Source: Synergistaceae bacterium (GTDB lineage Bacteria; Synergistota; Synergistia; Synergistales; Synergistaceae). From it: DNA of 64,000 nt. Of the stretch, positions 1-9,243 are shown piece by piece. Made by a program: the position numbers and the translations under genes. The stretch spans positions 11,206-75,205 of the forward strand of contig JAZLJR010000053.1 in assembly GCA_045617925.1 (NCBI GenBank), in the 5' to 3' direction. Numbering within the stretch: the stretch's first letter is position 1; each line of letters starts with the position of its first letter. The notes below the pieces were generated by a model that had not been told where the DNA came from, did not search any database, and saw nothing but the letters and a program-made list of their open reading frames with translations.

Positions 1-687
1 GCAAAAGCAGAAGCACCAATAAAAAACACACCAGCACAAGTTGCGCAACAACCAATTATTCCTAATCTAAATCAAAATGCAACTGATGTGCAGTCTGAAC
101 AGAAAAAAGTTTCTGCTCCTGTTACAGCAAGCTCATTTAATGAGCCAAGCATTAAAGCTACCTCTCCTTTTGACGAAAGGGTGGATGCCTTTACCTCTAC
201 TAAATCTGAACAAATTGACACAAGCAACTTTATAAAGTCATTTGGTGAAAATGATTTTTCAAAGATAGTTGCCTCTGTTTCACAAGACAACTATGAATTT
301 GCTGCTGCACTTCTAAATGCAAAAATTTTGCAGGATGGCGAGGAAATCATTTTTGAAACAGAAAATGACTCATTATCTAACGCATTTTTGAATATTCCTT
401 TCAACAAAGAAGTTGCTAGTGTGGCAGTGAAGAAAGCCTTTGGCTTGATTAAGGAAACACAAGCTGAAGAGAAAAATGAGGCACAGCCGAGAATAGTTGA
501 TGCACTACAAAATCCTGTCAATCAAAATTCTGCGGGAGCATCAATGCAGAAAATGAAACAAGGTGCAACAGGCGGTGAGACACAGGCTATTTCTGCAAAT
601 GCAGACAAGATATTAAAACTTGCAGGAGCAGAACTTCTCTATGTTGAAAAGGATGTTATAGAATTAGAGGAAGAAAATGATGGATAA
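1..687 (+). CDS. 3' part of an ORF entering from upstream of the window; possibly the C-terminal region of DNA polymerase III tau/gamma (DnaX)
   Basis: Frame 1 is open from base 1 to the TAA at 685-687. A Q/P/N-rich linker is followed by segments (FAAALLNAKILQDGEEIIFETENDSLSNAFLNIPFNKEVASVAVKKAFG and ADKILKLAGAELLYVE) that resemble the tau C-terminal region as I remember it. The stop overlaps the dnaE start. The family call is tentative. Confidence 0.4.
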   Translation, partial: AKAEAPIKNTPAQVAQQPIIPNLNQNATDVQSEQKKVSAPVTASSFNEPSIKATSPFDERVDAFTSTKSEQIDTSNFIKSFGENDFSKIVASVSQDNYEFAAALLNAKILQDGEEIIFETENDSLSNAFLNIPFNKEVASVAVKKAFGLIKETQAEEKNEAQPRIVDALQNPVNQNSAGASMQKMKQGATGGETQAISANADKILKLAGAELLYVEKDVIELEEENDG

Positions 688-3600
688 ACCGTTTGTTCAT
701 CTTCATGTGCACACTGAATATAGCTTGCTAGATGGTGCTAACACCTGTGCTTCTCTTGCAAAAACGACCAAAGAAATGGGGATGAATTCTTGCGCAATAA
801 CAGACCATGGTGTCATGTTTGGTTGTGTGGAATTCTATAACAAGTGTAATGATGCAGGTGTAAAGCCTATTCTTGGCTGCGAAGTCTATGTTGATGAACG
901 CGGTTACAGGTGCCGTGATGGAAAAAATCAAAATCACTTAATCCTTTTGGCAGAAAATGACGAAGGCTACGCCAATCTCGTAAAGCTGGTATCAATAGCA
1001 AATACAGATGGATTTTATTATAAACCGCGTATTGACCATGAGCTTTTAGCCAGTTATTCAAAGGGGCTCATTTGTGCTTCTGCTTGTCTTGGAGGAGAAA
1101 TTCCACAGCTTATTATGGCAGGAGACTTGGAAGGTGCAAAGAAACGTGCCAGTTTATACAATGACATAATGGGAACTGGTAATTTCTTTCTAGAAGTTCA
1201 AGCTAATTCTTTGTCAGAGCAAGCCATCGTAAATAAAAATCTGATAGCTATGTCAAAGGAAATGAATATTCCGCTCATTGCTACAAATGACGCACATTAT
1301 TTGAAAAAAGAAGATGCTGCATGGCATGATGTCCTCCTTTGTATTCAGACTGGGGCGCTTGTAACAGATCCACAACGTTATCGTTTTACTGGAGACGATT
1401 ATTATTTCAGAAGCCCTGAAGAAATGTGGGCAATCTTTGGTAACGAGTTGCCGGAAAGTTTGACTAATACACAACTGATAGCTGATAGATGTAATGTCAA
1501 ATTAAAGACTGGAAAGTATTATCTTCCTGTGTTCCCATTGCCAGAAGGGGAAACGCTTTCAACGCACCTTACAAAGTTGGCACATGAAGGTTTACGCAGA
1601 AGACTAAAGACAGAAAATCCACCGGAAGAATATCTTAAACGGCTTGAATATGAGTTAGGAATTATTATTCAGATGGACTTTCCTGGTTATTTCTGCATAG
1701 TATCAGACATTATAATGGCTTGCAAAAATCAAGGAATTCCAATTGGACCTGGCAGAGGTTCCGCTGCTGGTTCACTTGTTGCCTATTCTCTTGGCATTAC
1801 AGAACTCGACCCCTTGAAATACAATTTACTTTTTGAAAGATTTTTGAATCCAGAACGCATAAGCATGCCTGATATTGATACTGACGTTTCGGACAAGGGA
1901 CGCGATAAGTTAATAGCCTATATCGTTCAAAAATACGGAATTGACCATGTGTCACAAATTATTACCTTTGGACGTATGAAGAGCCGTGGAGCAATAAAGG
2001 ACGTAGCTCGCGCCTTGGATATTCCAATTCCCGAAGCAAATGCAATAGCCAAGTTAATTCCAGCTATGCCAACGCCAGAAATTCCAAACATCAAGGGCGC
2101 TCTTGAGCATGTTCCGGAGCTAAAAGATGCCTATGAAAATAAGCCTCATATAAAAAAATTGATAGATATTGCTGTTAATATTGAGGGGCTTGCTCGTCAT
2201 TGCTCACAGCATGCTGCCGGAGTTGTTATAACTCCTAAACCAACAAGTGAGATGGTTCCTGTCAGAAAATTTGCTGAAGGACAGGTCGCCACACAATACC
2301 CGATGGAGCCTATTGAAAAATTAGGTTTGGTAAAAATGGATTTCCTCGGGCTTCGCACCTTGTCAGTTTTAGAAGGTGCTTTGAAAAATATTGAGCAGAA
2401 TGGCAAAAAGCCCGTGTCACTTAATGACATTCCACTAGACGATAAGAAAACCTATGAAATGCTTATTTCAGGTGATACGCTTGGTGTGTTTCAACTTGAA
2501 TCCTCTGGAATGACTGCCTTAATAAAGAGGCTTCGTCCAGACTGTTTTGAGGACATAATAGCACTTGTTGCTATGTATCGTCCTGGACCGTTAGAAAGTG
2601 GAATGGTTGACACCTACGTTAGGTGCAAGCATGGCGAAGAAGATGTGCATTATCTTCACCCATTGCTTGAGCCATACATGAAAGATACCTATGGAGTTAT
2701 CCTTTACCAAGAGCAGGTTATGCAGAGCGCTCAAGCACTTGCAGGCTACACTCTTGGTGAAGCAGATTTGTTACGTCGTGCTATGGGAAAGAAGAAAAAA
2801 GATGTCATGGCACAAGAACGAAACAAATTTGTTGATGGTGCGTTGAAGAATAACATTGACGGAGCAAAGGCAGGAGAAATATTTGATATTATAGAAAAAT
2901 TTGCTGGTTATGGATTTAATAAATCCCACAGTGCTGCTTATGGTTTAGTATCTTATTGGACTGCATATTTGCGTTGTCATTATGGGGCTGAATATCTTGC
3001 GTCTTATCTTTCAAGCTTAATAGGTGGAACAAGAAAAGAAGTTTTTGGTGCATACATCAGAGCTGTGCGTGATGCAGGGTTTGAAGTTTTGTCGCCTGAT
3101 ATAAATATTTCTCGTCAAGATTTCACAGTTGATGGTGATGTCATTCGCCTTGGCTTATCTGCCATTGCACATGTTGGTGATGCTGCCGTTGCAACAATTC
3201 TTGAGCAAAGGGAAAAATCTCCATTTACGTCATTGTGGGATTTCTTAACTAGGATTGACACGCAAAAAGCAAATAAGGCTGTAATTGAAAATTTGATTAA
3301 GGCTGGAGCTTTTGACAGTATTGATTCAAACCGTGCAAAACTTCTTAAAAACTTACCTGATATGATAGACAAGGTAGGCAAAAAAGACAAAAATAAAAAT
3401 CAGGCTTCACTTTTTGGAGATGATGAGTTATTAGAAGAACCCAAAATAATTGAATGTCCTGATTTTACTGATAGAGAAAAATTAGAAAATGAACGTGATA
3501 GTCTTGGACTTTACATTTCTGGTCACCCATTTGATCAATACGAAGAAGATGCAAGACGTTATGCAACATGCCCAATAGCTTCACTTGCTCAATGGACTTC

Positions 3601-4093
3601 CAAGGCTAAGCCTATTGTTGCGGGGGTACTTTCTTCAGTAACAGAAAAGTTTAGCAAAAAAACGGGAGATCCTTATGGTGTTGCCGTTTTAGAAGATAAT
3701 GTGGCAACTGTTGAAGTTATGCTTTTCCGAGATAGATGGGCAGCGTTAAAACCTGTGTTGCAAAAAGGTGAGTTTTACTTCTTTGAGGGTAATGTTCGTC
3801 AGGATAGAGGGGTGTCATTCTTTGTTACTGATGTTTACTCAGAAAGTGAATGTAAAGAAAAACTAACACCTCATGTGACACTTGAGGTTGATACAGAAGG
3901 CAAGGAAGAAAGATTTTTTGAAGGGATTTTTAGAATTTTGTCAAGTCATAAAGGACAAGATGAAGTTTTATTAAAATTAAAGAATGAAGATGAAACATTA
4001 GTTGCAAAATTGCGCAGAAATTTGGTAAAGTTTGACGATAGTCTTATAAAAGACATAACAGATTATGGTGCTGGTGTTATAAACATATATTAA
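677..4093 (+). CDS. dnaE: DNA polymerase III alpha subunit
   Basis: 1138 aa. N-terminal PHP domain (FVHLHVHTEYSLLDG), polymerase core motifs (GPGRGSAAGSLVAYSLGIT, PDIDTD, NKSHSAAY) and a C-terminal OB-fold region. Confidence 0.95.
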   Translation: MMDKPFVHLHVHTEYSLLDGANTCASLAKTTKEMGMNSCAITDHGVMFGCVEFYNKCNDAGVKPILGCEVYVDERGYRCRDGKNQNHLILLAENDEGYANLVKLVSIANTDGFYYKPRIDHELLASYSKGLICASACLGGEIPQLIMAGDLEGAKKRASLYNDIMGTGNFFLEVQANSLSEQAIVNKNLIAMSKEMNIPLIATNDAHYLKKEDAAWHDVLLCIQTGALVTDPQRYRFTGDDYYFRSPEEMWAIFGNELPESLTNTQLIADRCNVKLKTGKYYLPVFPLPEGETLSTHLTKLAHEGLRRRLKTENPPEEYLKRLEYELGIIIQMDFPGYFCIVSDIIMACKNQGIPIGPGRGSAAGSLVAYSLGITELDPLKYNLLFERFLNPERISMPDIDTDVSDKGRDKLIAYIVQKYGIDHVSQIITFGRMKSRGAIKDVARALDIPIPEANAIAKLIPAMPTPEIPNIKGALEHVPELKDAYENKPHIKKLIDIAVNIEGLARHCSQHAAGVVITPKPTSEMVPVRKFAEGQVATQYPMEPIEKLGLVKMDFLGLRTLSVLEGALKNIEQNGKKPVSLNDIPLDDKKTYEMLISGDTLGVFQLESSGMTALIKRLRPDCFEDIIALVAMYRPGPLESGMVDTYVRCKHGEEDVHYLHPLLEPYMKDTYGVILYQEQVMQSAQALAGYTLGEADLLRRAMGKKKKDVMAQERNKFVDGALKNNIDGAKAGEIFDIIEKFAGYGFNKSHSAAYGLVSYWTAYLRCHYGAEYLASYLSSLIGGTRKEVFGAYIRAVRDAGFEVLSPDINISRQDFTVDGDVIRLGLSAIAHVGDAAVATILEQREKSPFTSLWDFLTRIDTQKANKAVIENLIKAGAFDSIDSNRAKLLKNLPDMIDKVGKKDKNKNQASLFGDDELLEEPKIIECPDFTDREKLENERDSLGLYISGHPFDQYEEDARRYATCPIASLAQWTSKAKPIVAGVLSSVTEKFSKKTGDPYGVAVLEDNVATVEVMLFRDRWAALKPVLQKGEFYFFEGNVRQDRGVSFFVTDVYSESECKEKLTPHVTLEVDTEGKEERFFEGIFRILSSHKGQDEVLLKLKNEDETLVAKLRRNLVKFDDSLIKDITDYGAGVINIY

Positions 4094-4115
4094 ATAACTT
4101 TGAGGAGGATTTATT

Positions 4116-4346
4116 ATGCAGGAAGTTTCTCGTGAAAATTTCATATTAGTAAAGGCAAAAGAAAATGGAGTAACAGTTACTGGTGTAACTAGAGGAATTG
4201 AGAATAAATTTTTACATACGGAAAAATTGGAAAGTGGAGAAGTGTGGATTTCTCAATTTACAGATAATATTTCTGCAATGAAGATACATGGAAATGCGGA
4301 GATATTAACTTCAATTGGTAATATAACTAGTGGTGATACAGAATAA
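4116..4346 (+). CDS. mtrB: TRAP-like protein (trp RNA-binding attenuation protein, MtrB family)
   Basis: 76 aa, with SD GAGGAGG at 4102-4108. It aligns without gaps to Bacillus TRAP as recalled (DFVVIKA.EDGVNVIGLTRG.DT.FHHSEKLDKGEV.IAQFTEHTSAIKVRG versus NFILVKAKENGVTVTGVTRGIENKFLHTEKLESGEVWISQFTDNISAMKIHG). Roughly half the residues are identical and the length is the same. Confidence 0.7.
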   Translation: MQEVSRENFILVKAKENGVTVTGVTRGIENKFLHTEKLESGEVWISQFTDNISAMKIHGNAEILTSIGNITSGDTE

Positions 4347-4361
4347 GGCAAGATGTAAAAA

Positions 4362-5651
4362 ATGAAAAAATTTGCTTTAGAAAATACTCTTGAAGATTGG
4401 CAAAACTATATTGCCGCTATAGGTGAAGCAAAATATCGAGCGACGCAAATTACAGAGTGGATTTGGAAGAAACATGCTACGTCTGTTGATGAAATGACAA
4501 ATTTGTCAAAAACATTGAGAGAAAAATTAGATGAGGACTTTAATTTTTCATATCCAGAAGTGCTGTTAACCAAAAAGAGCAAGGACGGAACTAAAAAATT
4601 TCTCTTAAAATTACACGACGATGAAACTATAGAAATGGTGCTGATGAAATATGGTGACCGTCTTACGCTGTGTCTTTCCACACAGGTTGGCTGTCCTTTG
4701 GGGTGCACTTTTTGTGCAACCGGTGCAAGTGGATTTGCAAGGAATTTGACGGCTGGTGAAATTGCTGCTCAATTTTTATTGGCAGAAAAAATTGCTTCTC
4801 GTGATTTGTCAAACGTTGTTTATATGGGGATGGGGGAGCCGTTCTTAAATACAGAGGCTGTATTAAAGTCTATCAGGCTTTTAAATCACGAAAAGTTACG
4901 TGGATTTGGAATTCGCCATTTTACAATTTCTACATCTGGAATTGTAAAAGGTATAGAAGCATTGCGTGATGCAGCCTTGCCAGTTCGTTTGGCTGTTTCA
5001 CTCCACGCTGCAGATAACGAATTGCGTAGCTTTTTAATGCCTGTTAATGAGACAAACACCTTGCCAGAATTACGAAAAGCACTTGTCAATTATCAAGAAA
5101 AAACAAATGATAGAATTTCCTTTGAATATGCATTGTTTGGCGAAGTGAATGACACTGTAGAGCGTGCAAGAGAGCTAGTGCATTTTCTGCGCGGTATACA
5201 TTCCTTTGTCAATCTTATTCCATATAATTCAACTGGAGGAAGATATAAAGCTCCAACTCCAGAAGCTGTCCTGCGTTTTAAATCTATTTTGGAAACAGCT
5301 GGTTTTGAAACAGAAATTCGCTCAAGTATGGGGCAGGACATTGATGCTGCTTGTGGGCAATTAAGGCGCAAAATAGCAGATGGTGAAGCAGAAAAAATAA
5401 CTGAATCCTATACAAAGACTGATACAGTTCTTCATGCAAATATGTTGCACGATGAAGCAAATATTGCACGTTATGAGAGAAAAGCCAAATTATTAGAACA
5501 AAAATTGATAGGCAAAGTAGCCAAAAAGACTACAACTGGTGGCTTTATCGATAAATTTCGCCGTAAAAAAGACACCAATAAAATGAGTAATAAAAGTAAA
5601 ATGTCTGATTCAAAAGTAAAACGGAATTTTAGAGGAGCGAGAGAAAAGTAA
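4362..5651 (+). CDS. rlmN: 23S rRNA/tRNA adenine-C2 methyltransferase RlmN (radical SAM) with a Lys-rich C-terminal extension
   Basis: CPLGCTFCATG radical-SAM cluster motif, a GMGEP motif and the C-terminal catalytic Cys (DIDAACGQL). About 85 extra basic residues follow the conserved core. Confidence 0.9.
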   Translation: MKKFALENTLEDWQNYIAAIGEAKYRATQITEWIWKKHATSVDEMTNLSKTLREKLDEDFNFSYPEVLLTKKSKDGTKKFLLKLHDDETIEMVLMKYGDRLTLCLSTQVGCPLGCTFCATGASGFARNLTAGEIAAQFLLAEKIASRDLSNVVYMGMGEPFLNTEAVLKSIRLLNHEKLRGFGIRHFTISTSGIVKGIEALRDAALPVRLAVSLHAADNELRSFLMPVNETNTLPELRKALVNYQEKTNDRISFEYALFGEVNDTVERARELVHFLRGIHSFVNLIPYNSTGGRYKAPTPEAVLRFKSILETAGFETEIRSSMGQDIDAACGQLRRKIADGEAEKITESYTKTDTVLHANMLHDEANIARYERKAKLLEQKLIGKVAKKTTTGGFIDKFRRKKDTNKMSNKSKMSDSKVKRNFRGAREK

Positions 5652-5695
5652 TATTTTCTTTTACTCGTGTTGAAATCTTTTATGAGGTATCTAAA

Positions 5696-6040
5696 TTGAA
5701 ATTTTTATTATTCTTATTGATAGGAACATTATTGTTTGGACTTCCTTTTCTGAATGTCGTTTTGTTCTTTTGTCTTTTGCCAGTTTTAATACTATTTATC
5801 TTTATCCTAATAGGTCTCATAACTGGACGTGGAACTATAATCATAAATAATGGTTTCTTTGGCAACTACAGAAGACGAAAAGACAAAAAAAAGAAAGAAA
5901 AAGCAAAGAATATTTACGATGTTCCACATGATAGAGATGAACATAAAACGCATGCACAAAATCATGCCGTTAGTGTTGCAGAAATAGAAGAATCTAGTGA
6001 AGTTGTAGAGCTTGATAGCGATGCTTTGAAGAAAGAATAA
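5696..6040 (+). CDS. hypothetical small membrane protein (two predicted TM helices, basic linker, acidic tail)
   Basis: TTG start 9 nt after GAGG. Hydrophobic N-terminal 45 aa. The ORF is followed immediately by a strong terminator. I recognise no family. Confidence 0.45.
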   Translation: MKFLLFLLIGTLLFGLPFLNVVLFFCLLPVLILFIFILIGLITGRGTIIINNGFFGNYRRRKDKKKKEKAKNIYDVPHDRDEHKTHAQNHAVSVAEIEESSEVVELDSDALKKE

Positions 6041-6080
6041 AAAAATCTTGGTGATAGCAATTATCACCAAGATTTTTTTA
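6041..6080. terminator. bidirectional intrinsic terminator between convergent genes
   Basis: Perfect 12-bp stem ATCTTGGTGATA (6045-6056) / TATCACCAAGAT (6062-6073) with a 5-nt loop, an A-run upstream and a T-run downstream. Confidence 0.8.
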
Positions 6081-7319
6081 TTCATATTTCAGAGCGTCTA
6101 TAGGATTCATTAAACTTGCTTTGCTAGCTGGATAATAACCAAACCCAATTCCAACTGCAACGGAAAAAAAGAATGAAATTAAGAGAGACGAAAAAGAAAA
6201 GATTGGACTTACTCCGACAAAAGATGCCAAGACACATCCAAGTGCGAATCCAAGTAATATGCCAATTATACCGCCAAACATAGAGAGCACTGATGACTCA
6301 ACCAAAAACTGCACCTTTATATCATCCTGTGTAGCTCCGATTGCAAGACGAATTCCAATTTCTCTTGTTCTTTCTGTAACAGATACAAGCATGATGTTCA
6401 TAATGCCAATTCCACCTACTAGCAGTGAAATGAGAGCAATAGTGTATAATAGAAACGTAAGGGTTTGGTTGGCCTGACGCCTTGCTTCCAACATTTGGCT
6501 AACATTTCTTACGGCAAAATCGTCATCTTCCCCTTTTTTAATGCGATGTTTTTCCCTTAACACCAATTCTGTTTCATGTTGAACATAATTTAAGGCATCC
6601 ATTGATACTGCTTTTATATAAATGTAATTGATGCGTCCTGGAGTTGAGAAACGGACTAGCCTTTTTTGTGCCGCAGTTAACGGAACTAAAACAAAATCGT
6701 CTTGATCACGCCCCATGGAAGAAATTCCTTTTTGCTCTAAAATGCCAACAACCTTAAAGGGAACTTTATCTATTCTAATTACCTGACCGATTGGATTGAA
6801 CCCAGAGTAGAACAATTTTTCTACTACTGTGCTTCCCAAAACAGCTACCTTAGCACTTTGTTTAACGTCAGTTTCCGTTATATTTCGTCCATAATCTATC
6901 TTGAAATCAGTAACATTAATGTGACTTGATCCTACCCCCAGCACAGCAGAACTCCAATTTGAATTCTTATATATTATATTTGCAGATAAGTCAACTACAG
7001 GAGAAATTGCTTCAATTCCACTAACATCACGTTCTATTGCCTGTGCATCACTGTAGGTTATAAAATTCATCTTATCTCTGTTTGATGAATTTCCGCCTCT
7101 ATCAGGAAAGATCATTAAGAAATTGCTACCAAAGGACGATATTTGTTCATCTATGACTTTATTGGTGCCTTCACCAACTGCAAGTGCGGCAATAACTGCT
7201 GCGACGCCAATTATTATTCCAAGTGACGTTAGTATAGAACGGGTTCTATTTGTTTTTATTGCTTTTATTGCTGTTGTAAAAATTTCATTTGCTGCAATCA
7301 TAATAGCCTCCTTACTCAC
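6078..7319 (-). CDS. MacB-type ABC transporter permease (FtsX-like, with periplasmic domain)
   Basis: 413 aa. N-terminal TM helix, large extracytoplasmic domain and a C-terminal FtsX-type 3-TM bundle. The start overlaps the stop of the upstream ATPase gene. Confidence 0.9.
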   Translation of the reverse strand: MSKEAIMIAANEIFTTAIKAIKTNRTRSILTSLGIIIGVAAVIAALAVGEGTNKVIDEQISSFGSNFLMIFPDRGGNSSNRDKMNFITYSDAQAIERDVSGIEAISPVVDLSANIIYKNSNWSSAVLGVGSSHINVTDFKIDYGRNITETDVKQSAKVAVLGSTVVEKLFYSGFNPIGQVIRIDKVPFKVVGILEQKGISSMGRDQDDFVLVPLTAAQKRLVRFSTPGRINYIYIKAVSMDALNYVQHETELVLREKHRIKKGEDDDFAVRNVSQMLEARRQANQTLTFLLYTIALISLLVGGIGIMNIMLVSVTERTREIGIRLAIGATQDDIKVQFLVESSVLSMFGGIIGILLGFALGCVLASFVGVSPIFSFSSLLISFFFSVAVGIGFGYYPASKASLMNPIDALKYE

Positions 7320-8008
7320 CGTCTGTTATTATTGATTTTATCATCTTGTATAACTCCGTCTTTGAAAAATAGGATACGTTTGGCATATGTTGCAACATCC
7401 GGCTCGTGTGTAACAAGGATAATAGTGATTCCAGTATCGTTAAGTTCTTTAAAAAGAGTCATTATCTCATCGCTAGTTTTTGAATCTAGGTTTCCTGTCG
7501 GTTCGTCTGCCATCAAGATTGGTGCACTATTTACTATGCCCCTAGCTATTGCGACTCTTTGTTGTTGTCCTCCTGAGAGTTGTGTAGGCTCGTGGTGAAT
7601 TCGATCTAACAGGCCCATCTTATCCAGTGCCTTTTTAGCTCTCTCATAACGATCTTGTTTGGAGACCCCCGCATATAATAAGGGCATAGCAACATTATCT
7701 AATGCTGACGTTTTTGAAAGCAAATTAAACCCCTGAAATACAAAGCCTATTAACTGATTTCTCATGTGAGCTAATTGATCGCTAGTTAATGTTGCTACGT
7801 TTTTGCCATCAAGAAAATATTCTCCAGATGTTTGTTGATCAAGACACCCTAATATATTCATTGTTGTGGATTTGCCAGATCCTGATGGTCCCATCATAGC
7901 AACAAACTCACCCTTTTCAACAGAAAGATTAACGCCGTGGAGTATCTCGAGATATTCATCTCCTAATTTGAAAGATTTTCTTATGTTTTTTAATTCAATT
8001 ATTGGCAT
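7316..8008 (-). CDS. MacB-type ABC transporter ATP-binding protein
   Basis: Walker A GPSGSGKST, signature LSGGQQQR, Walker B ILMADEPT. Confidence 0.9.
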   Translation of the reverse strand: MPIIELKNIRKSFKLGDEYLEILHGVNLSVEKGEFVAMMGPSGSGKSTTMNILGCLDQQTSGEYFLDGKNVATLTSDQLAHMRNQLIGFVFQGFNLLSKTSALDNVAMPLLYAGVSKQDRYERAKKALDKMGLLDRIHHEPTQLSGGQQQRVAIARGIVNSAPILMADEPTGNLDSKTSDEIMTLFKELNDTGITIILVTHEPDVATYAKRILFFKDGVIQDDKINNNRR

Positions 8009-8028
8009 CTTATACTCCCAATGGCAAT

Positions 8029-9243
8029 TTATCTCTTGTCAGGAGGTAAGTTTATTCCTGTGATAACCTGAGATCCAACTTCTAAATCGCTTATAAGTTC
8101 CGTGTTTATGCCGTCAGTTATTCCAATTTTGACTCCGTAGGCAATAGGCTTATTTTTCACCAATAGATAAACAATTGCTCCATCTTCATCTTGTTGATTC
8201 GAACTCGTCATGTTTTTACGTGGATTGCGTCCAAAACCCCCACCAAAGCCTTTTGATTTTATTTCTGTCTCTTGAGGTTTAAAACGGAAGGCAGCATTAG
8301 GAACACATTTTACATTTTTTTTCTCTTGTAAAATAATGTTTATATTGGCTGTCATCCCAGGTAATAATTTTTTATCCTTATTCTTTACCTTGATTACAAC
8401 AGTGTAAGTTACAACATTGTTGTTATTAGTTGGTGATAAACGCAGTTGTGAAACTGTTCCCTCAAATTTTAGTTCAGGGTAGGAATCAACATCAAAAACT
8501 GCCCTTTGTCCTTCTTTGATATACCCGATGTCTGCTTCGTCAATATTAGCTTCAACCTGCATATCTGTGAGATCTTTTGCAATTTTTGCTATTGAAGGAG
8601 TTTGGTAGCTAGCTGCAACTGTCTGACCTCTCTCAACATTTTTCATGGTAACGACGCCGGATACAGGGGAGTAAATTCGAGTATAATTTAGGTTAATTTC
8701 TGCTTTCTTAAGGCTTGCACGGGCTTGCGATAATCGTGATTTAGACTGAGATAAAGAGGCCATTGCCTTTTTGTAAGTTGCACGATAGCTATCTACTTCA
8801 GATTTTGCAATGAGATCTTCTTTGGCTAGTTCTAAAGCTCTTTTATAATCTAACTGTGCTTTTTCTAGTGTGACATTTGCAGTTTCAATATCAGAAATAC
8901 AAGAAGCTACCGATGCCTCAGCTTCAAGCTTATTAGCTTCGTAAGTGTCGGAATCCATTAAAGCAATAAGTTGTCCTTTTTCTACTTTACTATTATAATC
9001 AAAATATAATTCTTCTATACGTCCTGAAATTTGTGTGCCAACGTCTACTGTTTCAACTGGTTGCACTGTTCCAGTTGCTTGCACGACAGATTGTATGTCC
9101 CCAATGGTTACAGGAGCTAACACATAGCCTATTTTGTTTTTTTTGCTTCCGAAAAAGAAAAAAAGTAGTGCAATTAAAATAACAATTATTGAAGCAATTA
9201 CTGTAGGCTTTTTACCGTGTCTGAAAAATGACTTAATTTGCAT
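8029..9243 (-). CDS. periplasmic adaptor (HlyD/MacA membrane-fusion family)
   Basis: N-terminal TM anchor, coiled-coil hairpin region and beta-barrel domains. Sits between the TolC-like and MacB-like genes. Confidence 0.85.
   Translation of the reverse strand: MQIKSFFRHGKKPTVIASIIVILIALLFFFFGSKKNKIGYVLAPVTIGDIQSVVQATGTVQPVETVDVGTQISGRIEELYFDYNSKVEKGQLIALMDSDTYEANKLEAEASVASCISDIETANVTLEKAQLDYKRALELAKEDLIAKSEVDSYRATYKKAMASLSQSKSRLSQARASLKKAEINLNYTRIYSPVSGVVTMKNVERGQTVAASYQTPSIAKIAKDLTDMQVEANIDEADIGYIKEGQRAVFDVDSYPELKFEGTVSQLRLSPTNNNNVVTYTVVIKVKNKDKKLLPGMTANINIILQEKKNVKCVPNAAFRFKPQETEIKSKGFGGGFGRNPRKNMTSSNQQDEDGAIVYLLVKNKPIAYGVKIGITDGINTELISDLEVGSQVITGINLPPDKR

Noticed and set aside
4094-5700. 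Search for a TRAP-binding array of (G/U)AG triplets spaced by 2-3 nt near the TRAP-like gene, and at every gene start in the window
   Set aside because: Only isolated GAG/TAG pairs were seen (for example GAGGAG in SDs, and TAG-4-TAG at 48613-48622). There is no run of five or more correctly spaced triplets. Any targets must lie elsewhere in the genome.
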